Positions 10,558 through 23,549 of a DNA stretch of 64,000 bases are shown here, piece after piece. The notes below the pieces were generated by a model that made no database searches, had not been told where the DNA came from, and saw nothing but the letters and a program-made list of their open reading frames with translations. Within the stretch, counting starts at the first letter, position 1. Every line of letters begins with the position of its first letter. This DNA comes from Calditrichia bacterium (GTDB lineage: Bacteria; Calditrichota; Calditrichia; JAJRVZ01), in assembly GCA_963796965.1 (NCBI GenBank), contig CAWCNS010000006.1, forward strand, positions 352,001 through 416,000, read 5' to 3'. The translations under genes and the position numbers were made by a program.

Positions 10558-10586
10558 TTGACAAAAAAGAAGAGATTATTTAACAT
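10558..10586 (+). promoter_or_regulatory. Sigma-70-type promoter upstream of the ECF sigma gene
   Basis: TTGACA (10558-10563), 17-bp spacer, TAACAT (10581-10586). Confidence 0.6.
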
Positions 10587-10672
10587 TTGTGATTATGCTC
10601 AATTGGAAATGAATCGGTTCTATTAATCTGCTCAATGATATATTTTTATAATTGAACAAAAAAGGAGTACAT

Positions 10673-11245
10673 TTGCCAACGGCAAGACAATTAGAATTTG
10701 AATCATTAGTAGCGCCTCATTTAAGCTCGTTATATAGTACAGCGCTCAGAATGACACATAACCAGCATGACGCAGAAGATTTAGTCCAGGATACATTATT
10801 CAAAGCTTTTCGTGCTTTCGACCAATATCAGAAAAACACAAATTTCAGAGCATGGGCGTTTCGTATTCTGGTAAATACCTATATCACAGCATACCGCAAG
10901 GCAATAAGACAGCCCCAGAAGGTTAGCTATGATGATTTAGAAGAATTTTACCTCTATAAAAAAATTGATGAGTCAATTAGCCTGCAAGAGACTGCAAAGG
11001 AGGATTTTCTCGAGAATTTCTTTGAAGACGATGTAAAGGATGCTCTAGAAAATTTACCATATCAGTTTCGCTTGGTCGTTCTCTTGTGTGATGTAGAGGG
11101 ATTTTCCTATAATGAAATCGCAACTATTATTGACTCACCTCTGGGAACGGTTATGTCAAGATTATATCGGGGGAGAAAATTGCTTCAGAGATATCTCTGG
11201 AGTTATGCAAAAAAGAGGGGTTATATTTTAAATGAAAAAGAATGA
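10673..11245 (+). CDS. ECF RNA polymerase sigma factor (SigH/SigR-like)
   Basis: DAEDLVQDT...TNFRAWAFRILVNTYI and FSYNEIA...GTVMSRLYRGRK motifs. TTG at 10673 follows AGGAG; 10652 is an alternative start. Confidence 0.9.
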   Translation: MPTARQLEFESLVAPHLSSLYSTALRMTHNQHDAEDLVQDTLFKAFRAFDQYQKNTNFRAWAFRILVNTYITAYRKAIRQPQKVSYDDLEEFYLYKKIDESISLQETAKEDFLENFFEDDVKDALENLPYQFRLVVLLCDVEGFSYNEIATIIDSPLGTVMSRLYRGRKLLQRYLWSYAKKRGYILNEKE

Positions 11246-11480
11246 TCAAGATAAATTCAACTGTAAAGATGTTGAAAAAAATGTACAGGCTTACCTGGAC
11301 GATAAATTGTCGGAGAATGAAGTATTACTTCTAGAGGACCATTTGAGTTATTGTTTGCCCTGTGACAAAAAGATAGAGTTTGAAAAGAAGCTTAAGGAAT
11401 TAATAAAAATTAAGGCCTCTGAGAAATCCTACCCAAATAAACTTGAATCAGAATTAAAAAAAATAATTCGTGGAGAATGA
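11232..11480 (+). CDS. Zinc-binding anti-sigma factor (zf-HC2/ZAS; RshA/RsrA-like)
   Basis: C...YLD...HLSYCLPC (Hx3Cx2C) motif; 82 aa, soluble, overlaps the sigma gene stop. Confidence 0.88.
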   Translation: MKKNDQDKFNCKDVEKNVQAYLDDKLSENEVLLLEDHLSYCLPCDKKIEFEKKLKELIKIKASEKSYPNKLESELKKIIRGE

Positions 11481-11486
11481 AGCACC

Positions 11487-12284
11487 TTATTTCTTAAATT
11501 GTAGTTCTCGATTCAAAACGACGTTCTTGAATATATATGTTCTCATATATCGTATGTCTTCGGTATCTTTTGTTTGTAGTTGCAAGTTTAATCTCTCTGG
11601 TATCCAATAATTTTCCATTTTTCTAGATCTTAACTTTACCACAAATCCACTTTCGACAACACTATTTTTTAGTGTTTGTACCGTCCAACCTGCACATAAC
11701 CACTTTTCACCCACTAATCTAAATCCAGGATATGTATTAATAATTTCATTTTTGTCTGGAAACGCCACTGATATCTTCAGACATATACCATTGAAACCAA
11801 AGGTCATTTTAACCTTTATTGGTTTTCCATTTTCATAATTCTCATATTGAATAAATGCCGTATCCTCTATTGATGTTATCAAATACGTCTCGGGTAGGTC
11901 ATCTAATACATTACCTCCGCAAAAACGCTGCCAGTCGATTAACAAGCCTTTTAACGCCTGAATCATATTCATCTGCATTTCTAGTGTTTTACTGTTTTGT
12001 TCTGCACCAGGGGGCTGAGGTAGTGCTCTCTTTATATAAAACAGCATATTGGGATTCTTCCATATTAACTCCAGGGGATAGAGTTCATCCTTATAAACCT
12101 CTTTTGTTTCTTCTAAAAATAGATCTGTGGTTACCCAGCTGGTAAAATTATCTAATCCTTGTAGTCTTAGGGAATGATATATTGTTTTAGCACGATAGAG
12201 GAATTCATCCTGATTAAATTGAGAAAATAAAGAACTTGAAAAAAAGACTATGAATAGGATGACTAAATTTGAATTAATTCGCAT
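11487..12284 (-). CDS. Hypothetical exported protein
   Basis: 265-aa ORF with a signal peptide; its start overlaps the stop of the upstream K+ channel gene. Confidence 0.7.
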   Translation of the reverse strand: MRINSNLVILFIVFFSSSLFSQFNQDEFLYRAKTIYHSLRLQGLDNFTSWVTTDLFLEETKEVYKDELYPLELIWKNPNMLFYIKRALPQPPGAEQNSKTLEMQMNMIQALKGLLIDWQRFCGGNVLDDLPETYLITSIEDTAFIQYENYENGKPIKVKMTFGFNGICLKISVAFPDKNEIINTYPGFRLVGEKWLCAGWTVQTLKNSVVESGFVVKLRSRKMENYWIPERLNLQLQTKDTEDIRYMRTYIFKNVVLNRELQFKK

Positions 12285-13254
12285 TGGCTGTTTCCTGAAG
12301 TTTTTCTAGTTGTTCACGTTCTCCTATTACAATCAAATTATCCTGTGATTTTAGTGTAATATCAGGACGGGGATTATATATTAAGTCACTATCTAGTCTA
12401 TAGATACCAACAATAATAGCATTAAAGTCTGCTTCTAATTTTAGATTCTCCAATTGTTTTTCCTATAAGTTCCGATCCATCCATTATTTTAACTTCTTCA
12501 ATCTCAAGGCCAATATCAGAACGGGAGAAAACCTCATCTATATAGTCAACAACCGTTGGTTTTAGCAAAGCTTGCATTATACGAAAACCACCTATTTCGT
12601 AAGGTAAAATAACCCTGTTTGCACCAGCTTTGATTAATTTTTCTTTTGAGCTTCTTCCTCGGCCCGGGCAATTATTTTTAAGTCGGGATTAAGGCCTCGC
12701 GCACTAAGTGTAGTAAATGTATTTTCAATATCTGTACTTAAAACCGTTACCAGTCCTATTGCCCTTTTTATTCCGGCCTTTAATAGATCAGCATCTTCCG
12801 TTGCGTCGCCATGTAAAAATCTGATTTCAGTGTTCGGATCAGACAATTCGGTCTCTTTTTCAATTACAACAAAGGGTTTATTTCTTTTGTGGAGTTCCTG
12901 AACAATCTTCTTGCCCATCCGACCATACCCACAAATAATATAGTGGTCATGTAATTGATTTAGTTTTTTTTGCATTTTTCTTTCCCAAAAGAATTTTCCT
13001 TCAAAGATTAACAAATTTAGTTGTCTTAATGCATAAAATAGTACTGAAATTCCCAGGACGATCAGAACCATCGTCAATACACGTCCCAAAGGAGAAAGGG
13101 GATAAACTTCCTTGTAGCCTGTAGTAGATAGCGTTATCACCGTCATGTAGAACGAATCTAAAAATGACCAGCCTTCTATAAGGTAATATCCGAAACTTCC
13201 ACCTACAAAAAGTATCAAAATTACAATCAAAATCTGCCAAAATTGTTTTGTCAT
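12274..13254 (-). CDS. Two-TM potassium-channel protein with RCK (TrkA-N/TrkA-C) domains; two apparent 1-bp frameshifts (about 12650 and 12428)
   Basis: Pore DSFYMTVITLSTTGYKEV and HYIICGYGRMG. Continuation frames give KLIKAGANRVILPYEIGG... and NAIIVGIYR...YNPRPD...DNLIVIGEREQLEKL, with the stop at 12274. Confidence 0.85.
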
Positions 13255-13382
13255 AAAAAAATTTACTGATTATTAAACCTACTCACAATCTCTTTTTATA
13301 CTCCCGGTTTATATTCGAAACGCTATATTTACTTGCTATTTAAATCACATGTTTTTAGCTTTTAGAATATTAAGGTATTTCC

Positions 13383-14423
13383 ATGCAAACACCAGCAATT
13401 ACATTTGAAAATAACGAACTCAAAATAATAGACCAGACTCTTCTCCCACGAAGACTCGCTTATGTTCCTATTAATTCAATACAGGATTGCGTTGAGGCTA
13501 TTAAGGAATTAAAAGTTCGCGGTGCTCCGGCCATAGGTATTTGCGCTGCCTATGGATTATATATCGTTGCCCACTCTTTTAGAGATAAGGGAAATGATCA
13601 CTTTCGGCAACTAATGGATGATGCCTGCCAGCAATTAATTGATTCCAGGCCAACCGCTGTTAATCTCAGCTGGGCGGTGAACAGAATGAAAGCGATATAT
13701 TCGTCCCATGTAAATGTTACCAGGGATGAGACTATCAAATTATTAAAAACTGAGGCAGAGGCCATTCATACCGAGGATAAAGAGGCCTGTCATAAGATGG
13801 CTTATCATGGTCTGAAAATTGTCCCCAATCCTGTGAATATATTGACTCATTGTAATACAGGAAGCCTGGCCACCGGTGGATGGGGAACTGCCCTTGGAAT
13901 TGTGTACGCAGCAAAAAAGGAAAACTTTGATGTACATGTTTATGTCGATGAAACCCGTCCGCTGGGTCAGGGTGCTCGTCTGACTTATTGGGAACTAATG
14001 CAGAATCAGGTACCATGTACCCTTATTACTGATAGCATGGCAGGCTCTTTAATGAAGGATAAAAAAGTTGATCTTGTATTGTTCGGAGCAGATAGGATCG
14101 CCCGAAATGGTGATGTGGCAAATAAAATAGGGTCGTATTCACTTGCTGCGTTGGCTCGTTTGCACAATATCCCCTGTTATGCCGTAGCTCCGAGTTCTAC
14201 TTTTGATCTTTCTTTGGATTGTGGCGTAGAAATTGAAATTGAATTAAGAAAATCTCAAGAAATTTTGCATATATACGGTTATAATGATAACTTATTGAAT
14301 GTTGCGAATGTTTATAACCCTGCCTTTGATGTTACTCCGGCAGAGTTTTTAAGCGGTATTATAACTGAAAAGGGTATAATAAAAAATTTAAATACTAATC
14401 AAATAACTGAATTCTTTAAATAA
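13383..14423 (+). CDS. mtnA: S-methyl-5-thioribose-1-phosphate isomerase
   Basis: VRGAPAIG, RPTAVNL, THCNTGSLAT, DETRPLGQGARLT, GADRIARNGDVANKIG and NPAFDVTP motifs. Confidence 0.95.
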   Translation: MQTPAITFENNELKIIDQTLLPRRLAYVPINSIQDCVEAIKELKVRGAPAIGICAAYGLYIVAHSFRDKGNDHFRQLMDDACQQLIDSRPTAVNLSWAVNRMKAIYSSHVNVTRDETIKLLKTEAEAIHTEDKEACHKMAYHGLKIVPNPVNILTHCNTGSLATGGWGTALGIVYAAKKENFDVHVYVDETRPLGQGARLTYWELMQNQVPCTLITDSMAGSLMKDKKVDLVLFGADRIARNGDVANKIGSYSLAALARLHNIPCYAVAPSSTFDLSLDCGVEIEIELRKSQEILHIYGYNDNLLNVANVYNPAFDVTPAEFLSGIITEKGIIKNLNTNQITEFFK

Positions 14424-14439
14424 TTATTGAGGAGAAAAA

Positions 14440-15528
14440 ATGAGAAGATACACAGCGATTTTCGCTCTGCTCCTGTTTACGTTGTCAGTTCTGTTAAACG
14501 CTTGCCGTCCCCCGGAACTTGAACAGGCTGTAATTGATTATAATGCGGGTCGCTTTGACAACGCATACGAAGAAGCAAAAGAAGCGTCTGAGAAGTATCC
14601 AGATAATGAAGAAGCGTGGTATTATCTTGGTGAAATTGAAGGTAGAAAAGGAAATATCAAGGCAATGATAGACGCCTTCGATAAATCAATTTCATTAAAA
14701 AACACCTTTCAGCAACAAATTGAACTTTCTAAAAAGAATTATTACGGAAAAGCCTATAATGACGGTGTTTCCGCCTATAATTCAATGATTAAGATTGAGG
14801 ATAAAGAAAGCCCAGAAGCAAAAAAGGCCATGGAGACGGTTATAAAGAATTTTAAAGATGTATTATTGATAAAAGATGACTACATGGCAAACCGTCTAAT
14901 TGCAATCGGATATCAGTATATGGGTGAGGAAAAGGAAACACTCGAATATTATCAACTGGCTGCTCAAGCGAATCCTGATACAGTTTCTGCCTGGCTCGAT
15001 CTCGGATACTATTACCAAAGAAAAAAAGATTTCAAAAACGCAGCCGATCAGTTCAAAAAGGGATTAGAGGTCTCACCGAATGACGACGAATGTTTGATTC
15101 GATATGCCGAAAGTCTTGATTTTTCTGATCAGAAAGAAGCTGCAATAACAGCTTACAAAGATGCCTTTGAAAAGACACCCAACGAAAAAGCAATTCCATT
15201 CAATCTGGGACTTTTATTGTTCAAACAATCTACAATTCCCGATATTGATGAAGCACAAAAGACTAAGTTGATGGAAGAATCAGCCTTTTATTTTCAGAAA
15301 GCTCATGCTATAGATCCTGAAATAAAAGAATTATATGATCTATTGGGAACTCTTTTATTACAACTTGGTAAGTTTGATGAAGCGCGTACTATACTCGAGC
15401 AGGGTGTTGAAATATTTCCTGACTCTTCATCTGTATGGCAAAATTTGAGTTTTCTCTATGCTAAAACTGGAGATAAAAAGAAAGCAGAAGAAGCCTTTAA
15501 GAGATCAAAACAATTAAAAGAAGAATAA
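14440..15528 (+). CDS. TPR-repeat lipoprotein
   Basis: Lipobox LNAC; multiple TPR units (AWYYLG, AWLDLG, VWQNLS). Confidence 0.85.
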   Translation: MRRYTAIFALLLFTLSVLLNACRPPELEQAVIDYNAGRFDNAYEEAKEASEKYPDNEEAWYYLGEIEGRKGNIKAMIDAFDKSISLKNTFQQQIELSKKNYYGKAYNDGVSAYNSMIKIEDKESPEAKKAMETVIKNFKDVLLIKDDYMANRLIAIGYQYMGEEKETLEYYQLAAQANPDTVSAWLDLGYYYQRKKDFKNAADQFKKGLEVSPNDDECLIRYAESLDFSDQKEAAITAYKDAFEKTPNEKAIPFNLGLLLFKQSTIPDIDEAQKTKLMEESAFYFQKAHAIDPEIKELYDLLGTLLLQLGKFDEARTILEQGVEIFPDSSSVWQNLSFLYAKTGDKKKAEEAFKRSKQLKEE

Positions 15529-15549
15529 TATGCTTCTTTATTGATATTG

Positions 15550-15580
15550 ATAGGCAGAACTGTATAACAGTTCTGCCTAT
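15550..15580. terminator. Bidirectional intrinsic terminator between the convergent TPR gene and rex
   Basis: ATAGGCAGAACTGT-ATA-ACAGTTCTGCCTAT, a 14-bp perfect stem followed by a T-run on the plus strand. Confidence 0.8.
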
Positions 15581-15581
15581 T

Positions 15582-16208
15582 TTATTTTCTGCGATTTGTT
15601 AAAAAATAGGACAGGGCTTCTAATTCAATCGACATATTTTCGTTCTTTATCATAACCCCATCCGGAACTTTTAAACTGAGGGGAGCAAAATTTAATATTG
15701 CCTTTACACCTGAATCTGTTAAACTATTCACAACCCCTTGTGCAACATTAGCCGGAACTGCTATAATTGCTATTTGTATTTTTTCTTCTTCCAAATATTC
15801 TGCTACCTGTGCGAAGGATTTTACTTCCATACCTCCAATAACTGTACCAATTTTACTCTCATCATTATCTAATATCAATCTGATTTCAAAGCCTTGCTTT
15901 TTAAATTCCTGATAATCAACAAGAGCCCGGCCAATATTTCCAGCACCAATCAATGCCACATTCCACTTTTTATGTAAACCTAGAATCATACCAATATTAT
16001 GTTGCAGGTCAGATGTATTGTATCCCAAACCTCTCTTGCCAAACGTTCCAAAAAAGGATAGATCTTTACGTACTTGAGCAGAAGTTACACCATCAATTTC
16101 GGCAATCTCCTCTGAAGAAACAGTTTTCACTTTTTGGTCGATTAAACGACCCAATGTCCGATAGTATTTTGACAGACGGCTGATGGTTGAATCTGATATT
16201 TTCTTCAT
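15582..16208 (-). CDS. rex: Redox-sensing transcriptional repressor Rex
   Basis: TISRLSKYYR, AQVRKDLSFFGTFGKRGLGY, GAGNIG and ILNFAP motifs; ATG at 16208 after GGAGG. Confidence 0.95.
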   Translation of the reverse strand: MKKISDSTISRLSKYYRTLGRLIDQKVKTVSSEEIAEIDGVTSAQVRKDLSFFGTFGKRGLGYNTSDLQHNIGMILGLHKKWNVALIGAGNIGRALVDYQEFKKQGFEIRLILDNDESKIGTVIGGMEVKSFAQVAEYLEEEKIQIAIIAVPANVAQGVVNSLTDSGVKAILNFAPLSLKVPDGVMIKNENMSIELEALSYFLTNRRK

Positions 16209-16251
16209 CCTGGCCCTCCAAAACAATGATTAGTAGTTTGCATCTCTCTTT

Positions 16252-18708
16252 TTATTCACTCTGGCTTTCACCCAATTCATCGTCACCATTTCCAAGAACG
16301 ATTTTTGCCACATCACCAATTCGGTCCTTTTCATCAAGTCGGAGTAATCTGACCCCCTGGGTATTTCTTCCTATTACAGAAATTTTACCAATATGTTGCC
16401 TGATTACGACACCATTTGATGTTATGATGATTATATCTTCATTATCAACAACTTCGAGTACGGCAACCAATGGGCCTGTTTTTTCATTTACCTTCATGGC
16501 AATTATACCCTTACCACCCCGGCTTTGGGTCCTGTAGTCACTAACATTGCTTCTTTTTCCAAGACCATTTTCACATATCGTAAGCAAAGTATCTTCTCTT
16601 TTGACTATAACCATGCCGATAACCTCATCATTACTTCTAAGGGTAATGCCCTTTACTCCAGCGGCTGATCGGCCCATATCTCTTACTTCGCGTTCATTAA
16701 ATCTAATGGAAAAACCATTCTTAGTGACCAAAATTACATCATTTTCACCGGTCGTCAGGTTAGCGCTTAATAACTCATCACCCTCTTTAACAGTAGCAGC
16801 AACAATCCCACCTCTTCTTGGTCGGCTATAGGCATTTAATTCGGTTTTTTTAATGATTCCTGATTTGGTTGCTAATATAATAAAACCACCATCATCAAAA
16901 TTTTTAACAGGAACAAATCCTCTGATATTTTCCTCTTTCTGTATATCAATCAGATTTACAATTGGCCGGCCCCTGGAAGCTTTACCAGCTTGGGGAACTT
17001 CATGTACTTTTAACCAGTAACATCTTCCCTTATCGGTGAAGAAGAGAATGTAATGGTGGGTGCTGGCAATGAACATATGTTCCAGAAAATCCTCATCCCG
17101 TGTGGTTGCTCCGGTTGAACCACGCCCCCCTCTATTCTGTCTTCTATACCCGCTTACAGGAAACCTTTTTATATTACCACGATGGGATATCGTAATGACC
17201 ATATCTTCTTCAGCAATCATATCTTCAATAGTCATTTCTTCATAACTAGCAATGATCTCTGTTCTGCGGTCATCACCATAAATTTTATTTATTTCTCCCA
17301 GTTCATCTTTAATAATTTGCATACGAAGAGCACGATTATCAAGAATCGCCCTTAATTTTTCGATTAACTTGAGAATCTCTTTGTATTCTTCTTCTATCTT
17401 CTTTCTTTCCAAACCGGTCAGGCGTTGTAAACGCATATCAAGAATCGCTTTGGCTTGAATTTCACTTAGTTTAAAACGACTCATTAAGTTGGATTTTGCC
17501 GTCTCCGGATCGCGGGATTTTTTTATCAGCGCGATAATCTCATCGATATTATCGATGGCTATTTTAAGACCTTCGAGAATATGGGCACGCTTCTCGGCTT
17601 CTTCAAGTTCATATTTTGTCCTTCTAACAACAATCACGTGCCGGTGGTCGATAAAATGCTTGAGTGTATCTTTCAATGTTAAGATCTTTGGTTCGCCATT
17701 TACGAGGGCTAATATTATCACACCAAATGTTGTTTGCATTTGGCTATGTTTATAAAGTGTATTCAGAATTGATATGGCGTTGCCATCTCTTTTTATTTCA
17801 ATTACCACCCGCAAACCATCCCGGTCGGATTCATCTCGTATATCAGAAATACCTTCTACTTTTTTAGTCTGTACTAATTCAACAATTTTCTCGATTAGAT
17901 TGGTTTTGTTAACCTGATAAGGAATCTCAGAAATAATGATTCTTTCACGATCATTTCTGGTGACTTCTATATTGGCTCTTGCTCGTACCAATACTTTTCC
18001 ACGTCCTGTAAGATAAGCATCCTTAATACCCTGGTATCCTAAAATAATACCCGAGGTAGGAAAGTCCGGACCTTTGATATGTTTCAGTAGTTCCTCTCCC
18101 TCAATTTCCGGGTTATCTATCATGGCTAAAACGCCTGAAATAACCTCCGAAATATTGTGGGGTGGGATATTTGTTGCCATTCCGACCGCAATACCAGAAG
18201 CCCCATTTATTAAAAGGGTTGGTATAACGGCAGGAAGAAGGGTCGGTTCTTCCAGCGAATCATCAAAATTGGCTGCAAAATCAACTGTATTTTTATCAAT
18301 ATCTCGTAAAACTTCTTCTGCAATCCGGGACATGCGCGCTTCTGTATAACGCATTGCTGCAGGAGAATCGCCATCAATTGAGCCAAAATTTCCTTGACCA
18401 TCAATTAGCGGATAACGCAAAGAAAAATCTTGTGTCATACGAACCATTGTATCATAAACGGCTGTATCACCGTGAGGATGATATTTACCAAGTACTTCTC
18501 CAACAATCCTGGCACTTTTTTTATAGGATCGATTATAACTTAGTCCTAAACCACGCATTCCATATAAAATTCTACGATGAACAGGTTTTAATCCATCACG
18601 TACATCCGGTAATGCCCTGGAAACGATCACGGACATCGAATAATCGAGATAGGATGAACGCATTTCATCTTCTATTAATATTGGTATTATTTTTTCACCA
18701 GCAGCCAT
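16252..18708 (-). CDS. gyrA: DNA gyrase subunit A
   Basis: [29 protein letters not shown] and the GyrA box QNRGGRG. Confidence 0.98.
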   Translation of the reverse strand: MAAGEKIIPILIEDEMRSSYLDYSMSVIVSRALPDVRDGLKPVHRRILYGMRGLGLSYNRSYKKSARIVGEVLGKYHPHGDTAVYDTMVRMTQDFSLRYPLIDGQGNFGSIDGDSPAAMRYTEARMSRIAEEVLRDIDKNTVDFAANFDDSLEEPTLLPAVIPTLLINGASGIAVGMATNIPPHNISEVISGVLAMIDNPEIEGEELLKHIKGPDFPTSGIILGYQGIKDAYLTGRGKVLVRARANIEVTRNDRERIIISEIPYQVNKTNLIEKIVELVQTKKVEGISDIRDESDRDGLRVVIEIKRDGNAISILNTLYKHSQMQTTFGVIILALVNGEPKILTLKDTLKHFIDHRHVIVVRRTKYELEEAEKRAHILEGLKIAIDNIDEIIALIKKSRDPETAKSNLMSRFKLSEIQAKAILDMRLQRLTGLERKKIEEEYKEILKLIEKLRAILDNRALRMQIIKDELGEINKIYGDDRRTEIIASYEEMTIEDMIAEEDMVITISHRGNIKRFPVSGYRRQNRGGRGSTGATTRDEDFLEHMFIASTHHYILFFTDKGRCYWLKVHEVPQAGKASRGRPIVNLIDIQKEENIRGFVPVKNFDDGGFIILATKSGIIKKTELNAYSRPRRGGIVAATVKEGDELLSANLTTGENDVILVTKNGFSIRFNEREVRDMGRSAAGVKGITLRSNDEVIGMVIVKREDTLLTICENGLGKRSNVSDYRTQSRGGKGIIAMKVNEKTGPLVAVLEVVDNEDIIIITSNGVVIRQHIGKISVIGRNTQGVRLLRLDEKDRIGDVAKIVLGNGDDELGESQSE

Positions 18709-18720
18709 ATAATTCCTTAT

Positions 18721-20937
<2,217 letters not shown>

Positions 20938-20948
<11 letters not shown>

Positions 20949-22051
20949 ATAACTGTTTATCTCTTAAAATATATTTTTTACTGGTTAAGTGATCCTCAAA
21001 TTTATTTTGCATGGTTGTTGTAATATATGCCTGTCCTATTCTTTCAAGAAAATTTAACAGACCATGCATTCTATTTTCATCTAATTCCCCAAATATATCA
21101 TCAAGAAGCAAAACAGGAGTTACTTTTCGTTCTTGTGAAATGTATTCCCATTCCAAAAACTTTAAAGCAATTACCAGCGTTTTATTTTCACCCTGAGAAC
21201 AATAATTTTTAAAAACTTTATCATTCTTGTTAAAGGTGATATCATCACGGTGTGGTCCTATGATCGATACTCTTCTTTCGAATTCATAGTTAAAAATATT
21301 ACCAAGTTTTTTTTCAAAAACTCTTTTTATCTGACTTTCATCTTTTTCATCAATTGCATCATTAACTGTTGATTTGTAAAACACACGAATCTGGTCATTG
21401 GATCCGGAAATATTATTATAATATGCTGATAAATGACTATTTAAAAAGTCTACAAAATTTGAGACGATGTGATATAATTTTTGTTCCATGTTTAACTAAT
21501 TGTTCATTCCAAATAGGAATCTCTGTTGCTACCTTGGATTTATCATCCCCAGATAATAAGGCATTACGCTGTTGAAGCGTGCGTTTATAAATTTTAAGAT
21601 ATTCCAAATAAACCGGACTAGTCTGGGATATTAAAATATCTAAAAATCGCCGCCGCTCTTGCGGTCCCCCCATAGTCAATTTCATATCATCCAATGTTAA
21701 TATCACAGATGGAATTGACCCAATATATTCAGAAAACTTTTCAATCTCCTTTTTATTAACAAAAAGATGTTTTCCTTCCTTTCCCGAATAATAAAGTCTA
21801 ATAGATTTAGATATTTTATCATCCGAGTGGACCGTACTAATTATATTGAAATTGTCCTTATTATAAGCGACTACATGATTATCATTAGAGGTGCGAAAAC
21901 TTTTGGTGAGCGCAAGGTAGTATATAGATTCCAAAATACTTGTTTTACCCTGTCCATTCATCCCCGAAATTATATTAATTCCAGTACCGAAGTTAATTTT
22001 TAAATGTGAAAAATTTCGGAAATTTTCAATTTCCAAATCTTTTAGAACCAT
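20938..22051 (-). CDS. recF: DNA replication/repair protein RecF; 1-bp frameshift in the A4 run at 21454-21457
   Basis: NFRN, Walker A GMNGQGKT and ERRRFLD in the first part; GPHRDD, SQGE and LLLDD in the second. The frames join as RLKF-VDFL. Confidence 0.93.
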
Positions 22052-22054
22052 TCA

Positions 22055-23170
22055 CTATCCGCTTAATCTAACAGGCATGATAAGCATCAGTAGTTCCTCA
22101 TTATCTCTTTGGTCCTGTGGAAAGACAAGGCCGGGTCCATCTGAAGATTCAAGAGACATCCGGATTTCTTCTGTTCCAACATGTCGTAAGGTATCTAATA
22201 AATAATTTGCATTGTAGGCAATTTCTAATTCAGAAGAAGCAAAAGAGCATTCTAAACTCTCATGTGCTTCCCCTCCAAAATCTATATCCTGGGCAAAAAT
22301 ATCAATTTTATTATCCCCAATTCTTAGTTTTACCTGATAACTTATCGGGTTTGAAAATAAGGAAACTCGTTTAACTGATGCAATCAACAAATCTCGTTTT
22401 ACTGTTAGTTCTTTTGTATTATTCTGTGGAATTACACGCTCATAATCGGGATAAGGTTCATTGATAATCCGTGAAAACAATAAAGTGTCACCGAATTTAA
22501 ATAAAACATGATTTTTACCCAATATAATTTCCTGCTCACCCTGATCGGAAATATTACGCGCTACCAAATTTAATGCTCTTGTTGGAACGATAAATTCTCT
22601 TTGAATATTTGGTGATGTAAAATCTGAATTTGAAATTTTAACTAACCTATGGCCATCTGTGGAAACCATCCGTATTTGATCATTGTATATTTGACAAAAT
22701 ACCCCAGTAAGTGCAGGTCTTAGATTATCAGTAGAACAAGCATACAAGGTTTTCTCTATCATCCGCTTAAGATATTCATTTTTTATTTTGATTGTATCTT
22801 CTGTTTCAAGGGAAGGAATATTTGGATAATCATTTATATTTTGACCGGATATTTTGTATTGTCCAAACTGTGAACTCAAACTTATTTTAAAATTATTATC
22901 AATTTTAAAAGTTAAATCAGTATTAGGCATTTCACGCAATATATCCATTAAGAGTTTACCTGGAAGTACTATTGAACCTCCTTCTTCTACCTGACAATCA
23001 CACCAGGAAATCTGAGTTATTTCCAGATCCGTTGCAACAATCTTTAATTTACTATCTTCAGTATTGAGAAGTATGTTATAAAGAATATCAATCGTTGTTT
23101 TACTCGGAATAACATTTATCACTTTTTGAAGTGCTTTAAATAGACTGTCTCTCGAAACGGTAAAATTCAT
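22055..23170 (-). CDS. dnaN: DNA polymerase III beta sliding clamp
   Basis: ATDLE, RPALTGV, STDGHRL, YPDYERVIP and LIMPVR motifs; ATG at 23170 after GGAGG. Confidence 0.97.
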   Translation of the reverse strand: MNFTVSRDSLFKALQKVINVIPSKTTIDILYNILLNTEDSKLKIVATDLEITQISWCDCQVEEGGSIVLPGKLLMDILREMPNTDLTFKIDNNFKISLSSQFGQYKISGQNINDYPNIPSLETEDTIKIKNEYLKRMIEKTLYACSTDNLRPALTGVFCQIYNDQIRMVSTDGHRLVKISNSDFTSPNIQREFIVPTRALNLVARNISDQGEQEIILGKNHVLFKFGDTLLFSRIINEPYPDYERVIPQNNTKELTVKRDLLIASVKRVSLFSNPISYQVKLRIGDNKIDIFAQDIDFGGEAHESLECSFASSELEIAYNANYLLDTLRHVGTEEIRMSLESSDGPGLVFPQDQRDNEELLMLIMPVRLSG

Positions 23171-23199
23171 AGTTCCTCCATCTGGAATTTTGTATACCA

Positions 23200-23540
23200 A
23201 AAATACTTAAATTTTAAATTTATATCAAGATGATTTTATTCTCTTAAATATATGTAATCTTATATAGTTGTATATATTATCCCTGTGAATATGTGAATAA
23301 CTCTAAAGAAGCCTCAAATATAAGAAATTAGATACTTACTTTATTATAAAATAATGTTAATATCCGTTAATATTGTCTAATAAGTAGCGATAAAAAAATA
23401 AAAATATTTATTATTTGTATAAAAACAACCAGATTTGAACAGGTTATTAACAGCTATTGTGAATAAATATTTTAATATATTCTAATTGTTAAATATAGGA
23501 ATAATAATATATAATATCTCGGGTAGATTGCATAAAAAGT
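23200..23540. other. Probable replication origin (oriC): DnaA boxes plus AT-rich unwinding region
   Basis: TGTGAATAA at 23292-23300 and 23458-23466. One-mismatch boxes at 23284-23292, 23414-23422 and 23444-23452. Very AT-rich and directly upstream of dnaN. Confidence 0.75.
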
Positions 23541-23549
23541 AGATTTATT

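Noticed and set aside
10587..10630. Rex operator or SigR-type autoregulatory promoter upstream of the ECF sigma
   Set aside because: Only a TTGTGA half-site is present, and GGAA is not followed by GTT at the expected spacing. Other TTGTGAA half-sites (about 23457, 39434, 63003) also lack the second half.
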